Of a DNA stretch of 64,000 nucleotides, positions 51,701 to 58,717 are shown piece after piece. Each line of letters starts with the position of its first letter. The stretch's first letter is position 1. The stretch is from the IMG/VR virus record IMGVR_UViG_3300013137_000008; one strand, 5' to 3'. The notes under the pieces were generated by a model. The model was not told where the DNA came from. It worked only from the letters and a program-made list of their open reading frames with translations, and did not search any database. Source of the stretch: a virus (taxonomy: Duplodnaviria > Heunggongvirae > Uroviricota > Caudoviricetes). Made by a program: the position numbers and the translations under genes.

Positions 51701-52675
51701 ATAAAAGAGAGAATAAGTAGTACTGAATCTAAATTAAGGAATGATACTGATAGTATTGCTATTAAGCTTTCTAAAGAGGTTGAAAATAGTAAAACACAAA
51801 TAGAAGCAGATAATAAATTAAACCAGATAGTTGATGATGAGTTGGTTAAGTTTAAGAGAGAGATTGGAGAAGAGAACTTTGATAATATTGCAAAGAGTAG
51901 GGATTTTGAAAGGACTTATTACGTAAATCTTGATAAGGTATTTAAAAGTTCAATTAAACCACGTACGATAACTGTTAGTGAGACTCCATCCAAATCTAGT
52001 ATTATCCCTAGTGTGACTTCAGTTCCAGTAAGTGAGGTTGTTACTACAAAGATGGTTGGTAGTGAGCCAATCATTGAAACTATGCCTATTAGCGAAACTA
52101 TTGCTGAGAAAACAATTACAGAAGGAATAACTACTCCCATTACTACGTCAAAGACAGTTCCAGTAACTACAGGAACAATTACACCTACAATTCCAATAAC
52201 TACGCCTATTACGCCAATAATAACCACTACAACTAAAATTACGACTATTCCTATAACTACACCTGTTGCTATCCCAGTTATAACTACAAAAACAGCTCCA
52301 TCTCAAATAATAAAATTACAAAAAGTAAGGCAGATACTTAAAAAGGGTGATAAAGAAGGTTTGATAGCTTGGAAACAAGGTTGGAATTATCGTGTACTTT
52401 TTGCTCCGTGGTCACAAAATGATGTTTTGAATACTCGTAAACCAGTTGAAGGTGTGGAATATCATGAGGGAGTAAGGTCAGCCTATGATTCCATAGTTCG
52501 TAGGGGTGGGTATATCCCACCAGTAATTACTCGTGATATGGGCATCTACACGATTCAGATCAGGACACCAAAAGACCAGCGTAAACCAGAACTTGTGTTT
52601 AGGCGAGATGTGAAGGATGTTTACAAGGGTAAGAAGAAGCCTGTAGCCAAAATGCCACGTATCATACGGTTCTAA
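42737..52675 (+). CDS. Giant (3312 aa) multidomain protein with HExxH zincin-like metallopeptidase motif, Gly-rich and Thr/Pro/Ile-rich low-complexity tracts; polyvalent-protein-like
   Basis: Uninterrupted 9.9-kb ORF; no signal peptide; IIHELTHNKMD motif; SGAGGGGGGAVGSSG tract; C-terminal PITTPITPIITTTTKITTIPITTP tract; basic tail. Confidence 0.8.
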   Translation: MYGLNDEPLYFRGRRYCIGKLCFTGAVGASGPDLMLYTPPSIYSTPSSTPSAPAAPAEPVSSPVPTPPSDSLDSTFRRTQQVSGGASGDVYRESSESVARIGAGMGKGDVGQSKQLLSKEEEARQIQRLENLPHTWAEMVSQDPYVLLRPDAEARLAVLPESERPKITYPVNDSELALLKQQAAKYGTSEDEKIVQTVMNIMQSDWSPSATMPSDLLNLPKTYGELAVIKLGILNNSPNNTWTLSTGQKVTLPKSEYVNQAILDNTTYTYRQMGESEIPRSKTEPSTGVFSPNPNAFGLWTPLSDEARYDSRIVDALDKSKYQSALNIVDKLSEPWGARPSGAGGGGGGAVGSSGTMGSGGITIPGVTVNVAPTTGVVTVSSQGQERVTGVADTGTAFLTTQSMKEAAKQAGYGLLSAEDVKNVYDKAEQLQKWQAELPTAKNKVEIQRNIDEAQSYLSKVVKANTPLTPTLLVDAVESSIRNKSNPAQELANDGLTRAAEQAGGREIKDGVWETRTSTAKYMDALQEFLKGVQGIEREAPFKQKVFSDAQQVAQDNDEANAVDKGNRPTDPVKIMESWRYTKEAAQLRDSKGNNLTGEALSRVIEGWGKQRTAEGGSPITYVQYVPVGQTIENGVVKLVYDWRSVDENNKPYEYGVIQRPIWWDMSTGKILVTSKDWRPDRKLQNWQTFDEFAEAVARGEIATPNRILDAKAKKLESILKSAEWNKYLNDWNGFLKNPVKGDEPITDIPVSDLNIADFGYRYGAYYVDDKGIVDYKGIVKASERYEDSLNIDQPLDWVYILSGSSYKPEPVPVTEAQPERYVSTGTTETKFEPSEKIETKPSGVVSVDIAPKVFETSALTQESDGRIYKAKIVITVTKDKITETRYDDKGNIDIGGSYESPLAADTNSIPFQSLVRTIGLDSANKVVSDMQQAATTPSVITQEVRATTIPMLVGEGQGRKVVEQRGDKVRAIVFDANGIILFDNTYSADSDQGKFNIGFAKEQARLGLAKVNITSVQVTAPTKTERVETENVEPSSWFAGGLPKVLALPYLEGEISGDSSINIHDVGMDIVNGKTIISWKTDKPTLGIVQGCYDGGCGNWRDTELSTDHKIEVDISEYSPEQLATLHLTAITSTTGDGLKDTSIQWMPINKNVTLSAETVISSIPDMSMGSVKSVITTKEEPKFKGRELTSDENTAKGILWIKVDDNGIATAMDINRTVIYTVYPDGRMEGHDLHGGNRVCTNTECSIKHAKAIEDIKSAVKSAGMDINNYKPSVVVAAIPTISKVEGVKPTEFVITPTAIKAGITPKDIVNNMVTQAYVTDNKDWRTKVLDIVNKYTDKGILNIEKAYQEITRAKLPIAAPIIQPKIVSTPDETRRYFYWGVTLKPTMDETLFEVAKREMTTDYNEAKRRQSLAEYEPSDEAGKKLKATLAPQDQFTDYDRKVIENWESPKLFKSSTQWIGQDPMNYYGLAIEMGKQQVIVNKAKQVDALRKAGKLDEIPPMPTPYTSLATRLEPIISTTKSEYEKSLAIINANKLDSSKPVPTERDYTIVSTVEKYRGDDKLRTPNFYSVYEALKGGPWAIGVEGEVGGGLKLRVGQVTSERPEVPISEYYIPQPIVETSRQPMSNYLDVLFGRTTPQGWAGRYEMRAKPEISMRASELIKLGPFEGQVHLVKPKIPELSLEEKWIGMIPVLTMDSVKTWLPSETNKEAYTKQKAYFESQGYVLPLGSIFGGYDNQGKATFVSKVDFAKLSPDNKNVLLTEGISGLNAKMSVDSWNGGIVWGVIQEKYGSNPFKWAQDLRDTGVKPDEIRGLLATVNWKEPDTIDNVMKTIPKENEVTDSEWAKMWFNILAPGDQFVPNRVEFIEYATKHPEDPRANVLFKGVPSVLPLTYEAASDIDQKAPWSDQVMQIKLAEVKSLYKYGEKVQEGIGAEGNRVIQSVLAPGAWAMAGANGGFWDSEFRVGAEKNISPITFYVDPNTGEKKAEWLMDGKPIDTTFETNAIKTISDFAPREKFAGGVKGIDEWYQKVRPDWYDYTGSFNPDYAIGVVKGSVWVVSELWQMVSGMLGVLPLTILKVGREATAGDINHAAETIVTSGGGMVLMPGAWLGEKVSDIGRGNIPKFVGESVGMGLSLVFAPEALAKGLNRGFNVSQLAIKAAKGDIISARAIANYPEVVAIRTPQSFRVLETELSAIFSDKVKVDKILEKSNPIEQRKEIRALLNPETAKVFDAIVELVDLVGGYTVNPSSIRKVNFDDILRVPIGADKAIKSVLDNYKGKFEIHGSFADWVQMKNVPDAYRPKDLDAFFNDDVSINTVAKKISDDINKELGKNITRAEGAQIKTLKDGNWDKMLDIHHKSEFSSVAPLGFEQIRNNVVVDGIEFEPLGNQLWHRGWELMNPGVGTQRGLMGPVAAAKEWRLKDQYRFEVLVRSIINDLKTNGEVELANQVSTNLNTFLTSPRGEAFKWSPTEMADISSDFLELFKELQEASILSGKKMVAFDEKGILVREPTPSEQVIPGTLYHVTFDIRPYLEAQKRGKPVTIGQIMDETGKLTKAEGQFLFTSPQAAFDFIQRLGEVGENAGVIAIRTTLNEVGLGRDITPAFRIEQFTEPKEFSIEIGGKKFVPGGDVIVGRTLNEWLVQPGTKIYMTGEKIGTYHPRSLKGYDIHWAQTAGARDLGLKMPNNAQIHAMNLMAMKETFRDLLNPTLVKQIKVISGPTPAIGEGSIISFRREPIYFKSVNELSGDLKLVSDLLKKNKTYNKATEEIVRRVCEEYGFDYHEGLGTEKFGTGLQGMFSPLEGKITLTDQFMQDPRSLITIIHELTHNKMDKLIDSNPRYRKGMDNLLKDVSVYIKSRYGVSVPLEVVDTFVHEIATINHVKRLSGFNDIDYHLYNIKVLDDVINKMTNGTRVLSPDDMLALVNMAESYERTLPIKHGINYEYLHKAMVNDAKNKRSQVLSQAEVNETIAIGKEMRGEYSSPLSLIPSLIKERISSTESKLRNDTDSIAIKLSKEVENSKTQIEADNKLNQIVDDELVKFKREIGEENFDNIAKSRDFERTYYVNLDKVFKSSIKPRTITVSETPSKSSIIPSVTSVPVSEVVTTKMVGSEPIIETMPISETIAEKTITEGITTPITTSKTVPVTTGTITPTIPITTPITPIITTTTKITTIPITTPVAIPVITTKTAPSQIIKLQKVRQILKKGDKEGLIAWKQGWNYRVLFAPWSQNDVLNTRKPVEGVEYHEGVRSAYDSIVRRGGYIPPVITRDMGIYTIQIRTPKDQRKPELVFRRDVKDVYKGKKKPVAKMPRIIRF

Positions 52676-52714
52676 TATAGACAAATGTATCCCAATATGC
52701 TATAATGGGGCATA

Positions 52715-53263
52715 ATGAAAGATAAACTTGTAATCATTTGTGTTAGTGCCGTTCTAATTGTTGGTGGATGTGTAGCAGGATTTTTTGTGGGGATGGATGG
52801 TGGTAAAAAAGAAGCACTACAGGAATGTGGTGACAGAATTTATGCTTCTTATGAGCAGGGATATTCCATGGGTTATGGCAACGGTAAGGAATACGTAGTA
52901 ACCCATATAGATGAATATGTGACAATCCCAAAGGCTGTGGCGTATGATGAGGTGGTGGAGTTTTTAGAAGAGGATAAAACAGATTCTAGTGTTTATACCA
53001 ATGAATACAATTGTATATCTTTTTCAGCTACACTTAAAGATAGGGCTACTATGTATGGGATAAAATGTGCGGTTGTATCTATGGACTTGAGCGGCAAATA
53101 TGAAGATACGGCTCACGCAATAAACGCCTTTGATACTACAGATAAAGGAATAGTTTACTTCGATCCACAAACAGATGGAGAAAGATTTGGAATATATGAG
53201 GGTGGTACGTATTACTTATTGGGAACAACCTACAAAATCACCAAGGTAGACATTATATGGTAA
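52715..53263 (+). CDS. Membrane-anchored or secreted hypothetical protein
   Basis: N-terminal hydrophobic segment VIICVSAVLIVGGCVAGFFVG. Confidence 0.45.
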   Translation: MKDKLVIICVSAVLIVGGCVAGFFVGMDGGKKEALQECGDRIYASYEQGYSMGYGNGKEYVVTHIDEYVTIPKAVAYDEVVEFLEEDKTDSSVYTNEYNCISFSATLKDRATMYGIKCAVVSMDLSGKYEDTAHAINAFDTTDKGIVYFDPQTDGERFGIYEGGTYYLLGTTYKITKVDIIW

Positions 53264-53538
53264 AAAAACTCTACAAGCGATTGGGGAACCTCAAGATTTA
53301 CTTGTCTGATCGAACATTGGTGAACAAGCAAACGATAGAAATCGACAGGAACGCCCCAAATAGAGACCTACTAATGCTTCAAAAGGTCAGAGAGTATAAT
53401 ATGGCACAGTGTGGACAAAAGGATTGCGGGGAGTCTAAAACCATTGAAAAATGCAGGCGTAATCCTCTTTTGATACCCCATCGTCTATTTAGAGAGGAAT
53501 GCAAAATAAAGCGTAGGGAGCGCAGAAATGACAGGTAA
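53257..53538 (+). CDS. Hypothetical basic protein
   Basis: 93-aa ORF. Confidence 0.35.
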   Translation: MVKKLYKRLGNLKIYLSDRTLVNKQTIEIDRNAPNRDLLMLQKVREYNMAQCGQKDCGESKTIEKCRRNPLLIPHRLFREECKIKRRERRNDR

Positions 53539-53706
53539 AAAGAAGTTGCAGATGGCCTTGATTGTTATTGTAGGATTGCTTATTTGCTATGGTCTGGAAA
53601 TGTTGATGTTGAATTGGATTGAGTTTCCCTGGAACTGGTGGATTGCTGTTATTGCTACCCTTGTCTACTATGTTGCTGTGGGTATTGTGTGGACACGGGG
53701 GAAGTA
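53527..53706 (+). CDS. Small two-TM membrane protein
   Basis: MTGKKKLQMALIVIVGLLICYG...WWIAVIATLVYYVAVGIVW; 59 aa, below the ORF-track cutoff. Confidence 0.35.
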
Positions 53707-53754
53707 GGGCTACAAGTGTGAGAGTTTCTTGACAAGCGTTCCAAATGCTTTATC

Positions 53755-54255
53755 TTATGGTATTCCCATAGATTGTAGCCATAGCTTCTCAGCTTCTATA
53801 TCATCACAATGTTTAAGTAGTTCTTTAGTTTGATATGGAGTGAATGTATATTCTATGGCGTCAGTTTTGTCACTGGTGGTATGAGTACTATTAAGTTGAT
53901 CTCTGCGTTTCCATGTTGATGTGTCCCTATTGATGTGATAACGATTTGCTCTATTTGGTTGCCTGTCTATTTTAAGTATATTGAGTGCCTCTAGTTCATT
54001 CATTGCTTTAATATCCCCTCTCCGAGTAACCTCAAGAAATTTACTGCGTATGGCATGCCCTACCAAATCACCATCTTTGATGTTACCGTTTTTAATGAAG
54101 CCAAATTCCTGATCTATTTGATATATGAGAATCCGTAATGCAAGGTGTGTAGTATTCGCTTTACAGGCAGCCCTTGTTAATCGTTGTGCTATTTCGTAGT
54201 TTGTTTCTTGACTTTTATTATGTCGTGTGGTATTATCAGCATTGGATAGAACCAT
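53755..54255 (-). CDS. Hypothetical protein
   Basis: 166-aa ORF diverging from the ubiquitin-like operon. Confidence 0.45.
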   Translation of the reverse strand: MVLSNADNTTRHNKSQETNYEIAQRLTRAACKANTTHLALRILIYQIDQEFGFIKNGNIKDGDLVGHAIRSKFLEVTRRGDIKAMNELEALNILKIDRQPNRANRYHINRDTSTWKRRDQLNSTHTTSDKTDAIEYTFTPYQTKELLKHCDDIEAEKLWLQSMGIP

Positions 54256-54469
54256 TCATATTATTCCCCGAAATGGAAGCCTCACCGTCAGAAAGTTGGG
54301 CTTCCGTTTCATTATTTACAAGTATTTGTTCTGGGGTAAATGTAGCCCGATGGCAATCACGACAATAATAGCTTTGTCGCATTGAACCGCTATACCTCAT
54401 GCCGTATTTATTGAGCCTCTTTGATTTACACCTAGGGCATATCAACTTGATTTCCATATTGCACTCCAT
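54236..54469 (-). CDS. IS1595/InsA-like zinc-ribbon small protein, candidate regulator
   Basis: CPRCKSKRLNKYGMRYSGSMRQSYYCRDCHRATFTPE. Confidence 0.5.
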   Translation of the reverse strand: MECNMEIKLICPRCKSKRLNKYGMRYSGSMRQSYYCRDCHRATFTPEQILVNNETEAQLSDGEASISGNNMNGSIQC

Positions 54470-54592
54470 TTGAGTTCATCTATCGTAATAATATCATTCT
54501 TATAGTAGTCTGTCAAGTACTTTTAGATATAAATTGTTATCCACAAAAAAATGAAAGCGTCAGCTTTCTACTGTAAGTAGCATTTACTGATA

Positions 54593-54704
54593 TCTCTATT
54601 TACTGAATACTCTATTTACTGTAGGGTGAACGGTGGTTCATTACTGTGGTGAACGGTAGTTCAGCAGGGGGTGAACAGTGGTTCAGTAGTGAACGGTGGT
54701 TCAC
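54593..54704. promoter_or_regulatory. Candidate operator array: direct repeat CTCTATTTACTG x2 followed by four copies of the palindrome GTGAAC-N4-GTTCA(C)
   Basis: gtgaacggtggttca (54626), gtgaacggtagttca (54649), gtgaacagtggttca (54671), gtgaacggtggttcac (54689); GTGAAC and GTTCAC are reverse complements. Confidence 0.6.
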
Positions 54705-54827
54705 CACATAATATAACATGATTAAGGTAGTCAAGTAGGCTTGACTACTCAGTAGTTTTATGGGCAGTAGTTCTATGGGTGATACTACTGTTTGAGGTGC
54801 AGAAATTTGCGCCTAAAGTTTCTATAG

Positions 54828-54942
54828 TTGCACAAGCATATATAATATGGTATAATAGAGTAGCAAATGGCAATAGCGGTCAAAATAGCACAGCAATGGA
54901 TGACGCAGGTGGTTGACATAGGCTAATACAGTATGCTATAAT
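54828..54942 (+). promoter_or_regulatory. Tandem sigma70-type promoters: TTGCAC-N17-TATAAT and TTGACA-N18-TATAAT
   Basis: ttgcac aagcatatataatatgg tataat (54828..54856); ttgaca taggctaatacagtatgc tataat (54913..54942); ATG at 54972 with GGAGGA SD. Confidence 0.6.
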
Positions 54943-54971
54943 ATAGCAAAACAAATAAAGATGGAGGAAAC

Positions 54972-55220
54972 ATGGATAGCAAAGAAGTTAAAGTAGTGGG
55001 AATCAATGACATGGTTACGGTCAAAATCGGAAACAAGGATTACTTTGTTAATTCGGGCAACTTTGTTTCTGAGGTGCAAAAGGCAGCGCATTCAGCAGGT
55101 CTAAGCCAGTACAAGGTCTATGTTAATGGCAATGTAATAGGTGAGCGTGAAGCGCATTCTATGACAGTAAAACCCTCAGATAAGGTTATGGTGCAGCCAT
55201 TTGATGAGGCTGGTAGTTAA
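54972..55220 (+). CDS. Ubiquitin-like beta-grasp protein (ThiS/MoaD-like)
   Basis: 82 aa. Alternating hydrophobic strands VKVVGI..VTVKIG. C-terminal block VYVNGNVIGE...VKPSDKVMVQPFDEAGS resembles ThiS/MoaD ...VNG..V......L..GD.V.i....GG. Ends AGS, not GG. Confidence 0.55.
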   Translation: MDSKEVKVVGINDMVTVKIGNKDYFVNSGNFVSEVQKAAHSAGLSQYKVYVNGNVIGEREAHSMTVKPSDKVMVQPFDEAGS

Positions 55221-55222
55221 CA

Positions 55223-56164
55223 ATGGAAGACACGGTGTGGGGGCGGAGTTTTAAAGAGATAGCCCCTGTTCTGCCTGTTGCAAGGGAACCTGAGCCTTGG
55301 GGAAGGAACTTACCTCAAAAGGTAGGGGGTAAAATGGGTATACCTCAGTGGGTTGGTTGGGGTGGACTTGGGATTGGTACGTGTCTTGCTCTTGGTGGAA
55401 CATTTATACCTATACTTGGGGTTGTCCCTATGGTAGTAGGTGGGATACTTGTCTTTGGTGGTGGAATAGTATTAGGTATAGGTGATAAATTAAGAGGTCA
55501 TTTGGGAAATGATGTTGTTATAGATGAGCAAGAAACCCCACAGGTGGAATCTACTTTTTGGATTGCCAATTCCGTAGTATCTTTACAGAGAGACTTTCGT
55601 AAACTAAAGGCACTTAATGAACTTAATCGAACGGTTGAATTGGTCAATGCCTATAACTTAACAGCGCAGGAGATATCTCGTATTAAGGAATCTAATGTGT
55701 CTAGTTTTGGCGTTACAACACAGATAGAGCCGCTCGCTACCGATGTATTCAGACAAGGATTACTATTCCTTTGTAGTGTGAGGGATTTCCTTAGTCTAAT
55801 TAAGGCAGAGGATGAGGGAAAATTACAGGGTATTGTCATGTCCCTTAATGATGAAATAGAAGAACTGTCTAAAAGTGGGTCGGCATTAGCTGCTCAAACA
55901 CTTGAACTTAAGTTTAGTTCACTTAGATATACGCAAGATCGTATCTTGAATTTGTCAACTAATAGAGAGTATGTTGCCCTATTAGTTGCTCGTGTAGAAG
56001 AATGTGAGAATATATTGAGGGTGACGTTTGATAACCTCACAAAGCTCAATATTGAGGATTCAGCAAGTTCAGTGGATGAAATACGGCATAGGTTACAGAA
56101 TTGTATCAATTTTGCCATTGAAGTAAGAAAGGAGATAAATAAAGCATGTCTCGAAGTATCGTAA
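55223..56164 (+). CDS. Membrane protein with Gly-zipper TM helices and a long coiled-coil domain
   Basis: GIPQWVGWGGLGIGTCLALGG...VVGGILVFGGGIVLGIG, then heptad-rich sequence. Confidence 0.5.
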   Translation: MEDTVWGRSFKEIAPVLPVAREPEPWGRNLPQKVGGKMGIPQWVGWGGLGIGTCLALGGTFIPILGVVPMVVGGILVFGGGIVLGIGDKLRGHLGNDVVIDEQETPQVESTFWIANSVVSLQRDFRKLKALNELNRTVELVNAYNLTAQEISRIKESNVSSFGVTTQIEPLATDVFRQGLLFLCSVRDFLSLIKAEDEGKLQGIVMSLNDEIEELSKSGSALAAQTLELKFSSLRYTQDRILNLSTNREYVALLVARVEECENILRVTFDNLTKLNIEDSASSVDEIRHRLQNCINFAIEVRKEINKACLEVS

Positions 56165-56475
56165 AGGTTATGGAAACCAGTGAGTTGCCTAAAGATTTTG
56201 AGGAGTCTTTCTATGCTAAGGTAGCAGAGCATAGGTTTTGTCCTAAATGTGGTAAAGAACGTAGTTTTGTTATTACAGGTAAAGAGGCAAATGGGTTTAA
56301 TACTAAGACTGGCAAGGTTATGTATTCGTATATAGGAATGGGGCATTGTAACGGGCACCAATGCTTACCTTGTAAACTTGAATTATGCAGAACGAATGAT
56401 GGCTCATATGAGTGGCACAATCAATACGAGTCACAATGGTATCCACCATTTAAAGATAAGACAGCGTGGTATTAA
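56146..56475 (+). CDS. Multi-Cys/His zinc-finger protein (possible binuclear treble-clef, RING-like)
   Basis: FCPKCGK...GMGHCNGHQCLPCKLELC...WH. Confidence 0.45.
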   Translation: MSRSIVKVMETSELPKDFEESFYAKVAEHRFCPKCGKERSFVITGKEANGFNTKTGKVMYSYIGMGHCNGHQCLPCKLELCRTNDGSYEWHNQYESQWYPPFKDKTAWY

Positions 56476-56494
56476 GAGATAGGAGAGTAGAATT

Positions 56495-57679
56495 ATGGGA
56501 ATAAACATTTTAGATCAATCAAAAGCACTTAGTATAGATGTTCAAAAGCCTAAAGTACCTGAGAAGTTATCGGATAAGGAAAAAGAACAGATAGAGTCTA
56601 TGGCTGACCAAGTGGTAAAGAAGTTGGAGTCATCCGATGGTTCGCAGATAATCGAGTATATTGAGCAGGTTGGTAATGTGGGATTTAAGGCGCAGCAGTC
56701 AGCCTCAACAAAACTTGACCTTTTTCAAAGTAGGATGGGACAGGTTTTTAACCACAAAGAATCGCTGTCTAGTCAAATAACAGACGATGTGGTGTCGCTC
56801 AAAAAGGCAATGCGTAGCATCAATCCGTCTGATATTAAGAAGGAATGGTTGGTATCATTTCTTGAGGCGTTGCCATTTGGGAATAAATTGGTTAATGTCT
56901 TACAGAGGATAGACGTTCGTAGAGAAAGCGTTGAGAAGGTTATCTCTACTATTGAGGCAAGTCTTACCAATGGGCGTAATATGATAGTAAAAGATAATGC
57001 TGAGTTGGGCGTACTCCATAAAGACCTTGAAGGGACTCAGACAGTTGTGCAGAAGAATGCGTATTTAGCTGAGGTGATGGCTGAAAAACTTGATGAACTG
57101 ATTGCCAACACAGTTGATACGCAGAAGCAAGGTCAATATAAGAACGTTTTGTTCAGAGTTGTTACTCGTGGGCAGGATTTACGTGCCATGGAAGCGGCCT
57201 ATGAGCAGTTCTTCGTATCTATCAAACTGACTAAGGAAAACAACTCGCTTCTAATAGATACGTCTCAGCGAATGCTTACTTTAGCGATGCCTGTCTTGTC
57301 AGTTGCCTTTGCTATTCATGTTGCTCTTGCAGAGCAGGGTAAAGTCCTTGATGCGGTTAAGGCTACCCGTGACTTTATCGGCGGTATGCTGATACAGAAT
57401 GCTACTGCTATCCGTGACAACATCAAGGAAACCGCCGAACTTTACAAAGAACCTATCATTGCTATCCAATCTATCGAAAAGGCACAGCAGATGCTTGTAC
57501 AGGCTATTGATGAAGTTGATAGGTTAAAGACAGTTGGAATTCAGACAGCTAGAGAGAACATCATGAAACTTAAGTATATATCTGAGGAGATGAGGCAAAA
57601 GGCTGAGGGTAATGCAGGAACGATTATGTCCCTTGAAGCTAACGATTATAAAGTTTTACCGAGTGGAGAAGAAAAATGA
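56495..57679 (+). CDS. TelA/KlaA-family protein (toxic anion resistance protein-like)
   Basis: 394-aa all-helical. LSDKEKEQIESMADQVV ... IKKEWLVSFLEALPFGNKLVNVLQRIDVRRESVEKVISTIEASLTNGRNMIVKDNAEL parallels the TelA/YaaN conserved core. Confidence 0.65.
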   Translation: MGINILDQSKALSIDVQKPKVPEKLSDKEKEQIESMADQVVKKLESSDGSQIIEYIEQVGNVGFKAQQSASTKLDLFQSRMGQVFNHKESLSSQITDDVVSLKKAMRSINPSDIKKEWLVSFLEALPFGNKLVNVLQRIDVRRESVEKVISTIEASLTNGRNMIVKDNAELGVLHKDLEGTQTVVQKNAYLAEVMAEKLDELIANTVDTQKQGQYKNVLFRVVTRGQDLRAMEAAYEQFFVSIKLTKENNSLLIDTSQRMLTLAMPVLSVAFAIHVALAEQGKVLDAVKATRDFIGGMLIQNATAIRDNIKETAELYKEPIIAIQSIEKAQQMLVQAIDEVDRLKTVGIQTARENIMKLKYISEEMRQKAEGNAGTIMSLEANDYKVLPSGEEK

Positions 57680-57978
57680 CAGAAAAGAATGAGTTTGACG
57701 CACTAAAGCAGTTATTCAATGACCCTCGAATTGGGGCAAAGTTTTTAAACATAGTGGCAGATGTTAAGGATTTGGGTAGTGCTATTTCTGAGAAGTTGAA
57801 GAGCAAAGAGTGCCAGGATGAGATAAACAAGGTCAAATCTACGTTAGGATTGGATAGTTGTCATGGGTGTGATGGGAAAGGATGGATAACTATAGGCAAA
57901 GATGAGGCTTTGAGACCCACAATGTGTCCGATTTGCAATGGAACGGGGAAGAAGCAGGATGAGCAAAAAACGGTATAA
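57676..57978 (+). CDS. Small protein with DnaJ-type CxxCxGxG zinc finger
   Basis: CHGCDGKGW...CPICNGTGKK. Confidence 0.45.
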   Translation: MTEKNEFDALKQLFNDPRIGAKFLNIVADVKDLGSAISEKLKSKECQDEINKVKSTLGLDSCHGCDGKGWITIGKDEALRPTMCPICNGTGKKQDEQKTV

Positions 57979-58717
57979 CGGGAACCTTTCTGCTGATAAG
58001 TTCATAAAGGAATTAGAGAAAGTCCCTGCTAAGGCAGCAGAAATCACCAAGGAGCTTCCAGTCATTGTAAGCATAGATGGCAAGTCGTATAAACTTTTGC
58101 CATGTGAAGAAGTGGATTATAAAGAAGTTATATTTGAATACGTGGAGACTTATCTAAAAGAAACTGTCAGTGCAATGAAGGGACAGGTTAAGGAATTTGC
58201 CTCTCGTTTGCAAGATAAAATTGATGAAATCAGTCTATCTCAAACAAAACAGTATCCTCCGCCACCCACTCTTGAGTTTGTAATGAACAACGATATGCAG
58301 ATAGCGGTTAAAGGCGGTTTATACTACTATATCCTGCCTTTTAACTATACTCCACAGTTATTGAGTGGTAGGAAGATTACAGGTGCAGACAAGTTATCTA
58401 GAGAGGTATTGATATTTTTTGGCTATGATACTAACAAAAAAGGAGAGTTTATATTAGAGAGTGTTGAACTGCGTAATTATAATATGAGTGCTTTTAATCA
58501 CTATCATGATTTAAATACGGTAGGAAAGGATTGTTGGGGCAACATAAGTCTACCCATAGGTTCTGCTTATGATGTGGCAAAGTTGCCTGAATTGCGGGAT
58601 AGGTTGCAGAATTCCTTGGAGAATATCAACGGGCGTAGCCTTGCTCATAATAAGCCATCTAAATTACCTGACGTTAAGAACATAAATATAAAACCAGGAA
58701 GTGTTGTATGGAGTTAG
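57959..58717 (+). CDS. Candidate E2-like (UBC-fold) protein
   Basis: NHYHDLNTVGKDCWGNISLP resembles the E2 HPN-x(5-6)-G-x-(I)C-L active-site region; sits directly upstream of E1. Start taken at MSKKRYNG. Confidence 0.4.
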   Translation: MSKKRYNGNLSADKFIKELEKVPAKAAEITKELPVIVSIDGKSYKLLPCEEVDYKEVIFEYVETYLKETVSAMKGQVKEFASRLQDKIDEISLSQTKQYPPPPTLEFVMNNDMQIAVKGGLYYYILPFNYTPQLLSGRKITGADKLSREVLIFFGYDTNKKGEFILESVELRNYNMSAFNHYHDLNTVGKDCWGNISLPIGSAYDVAKLPELRDRLQNSLENINGRSLAHNKPSKLPDVKNINIKPGSVVWS

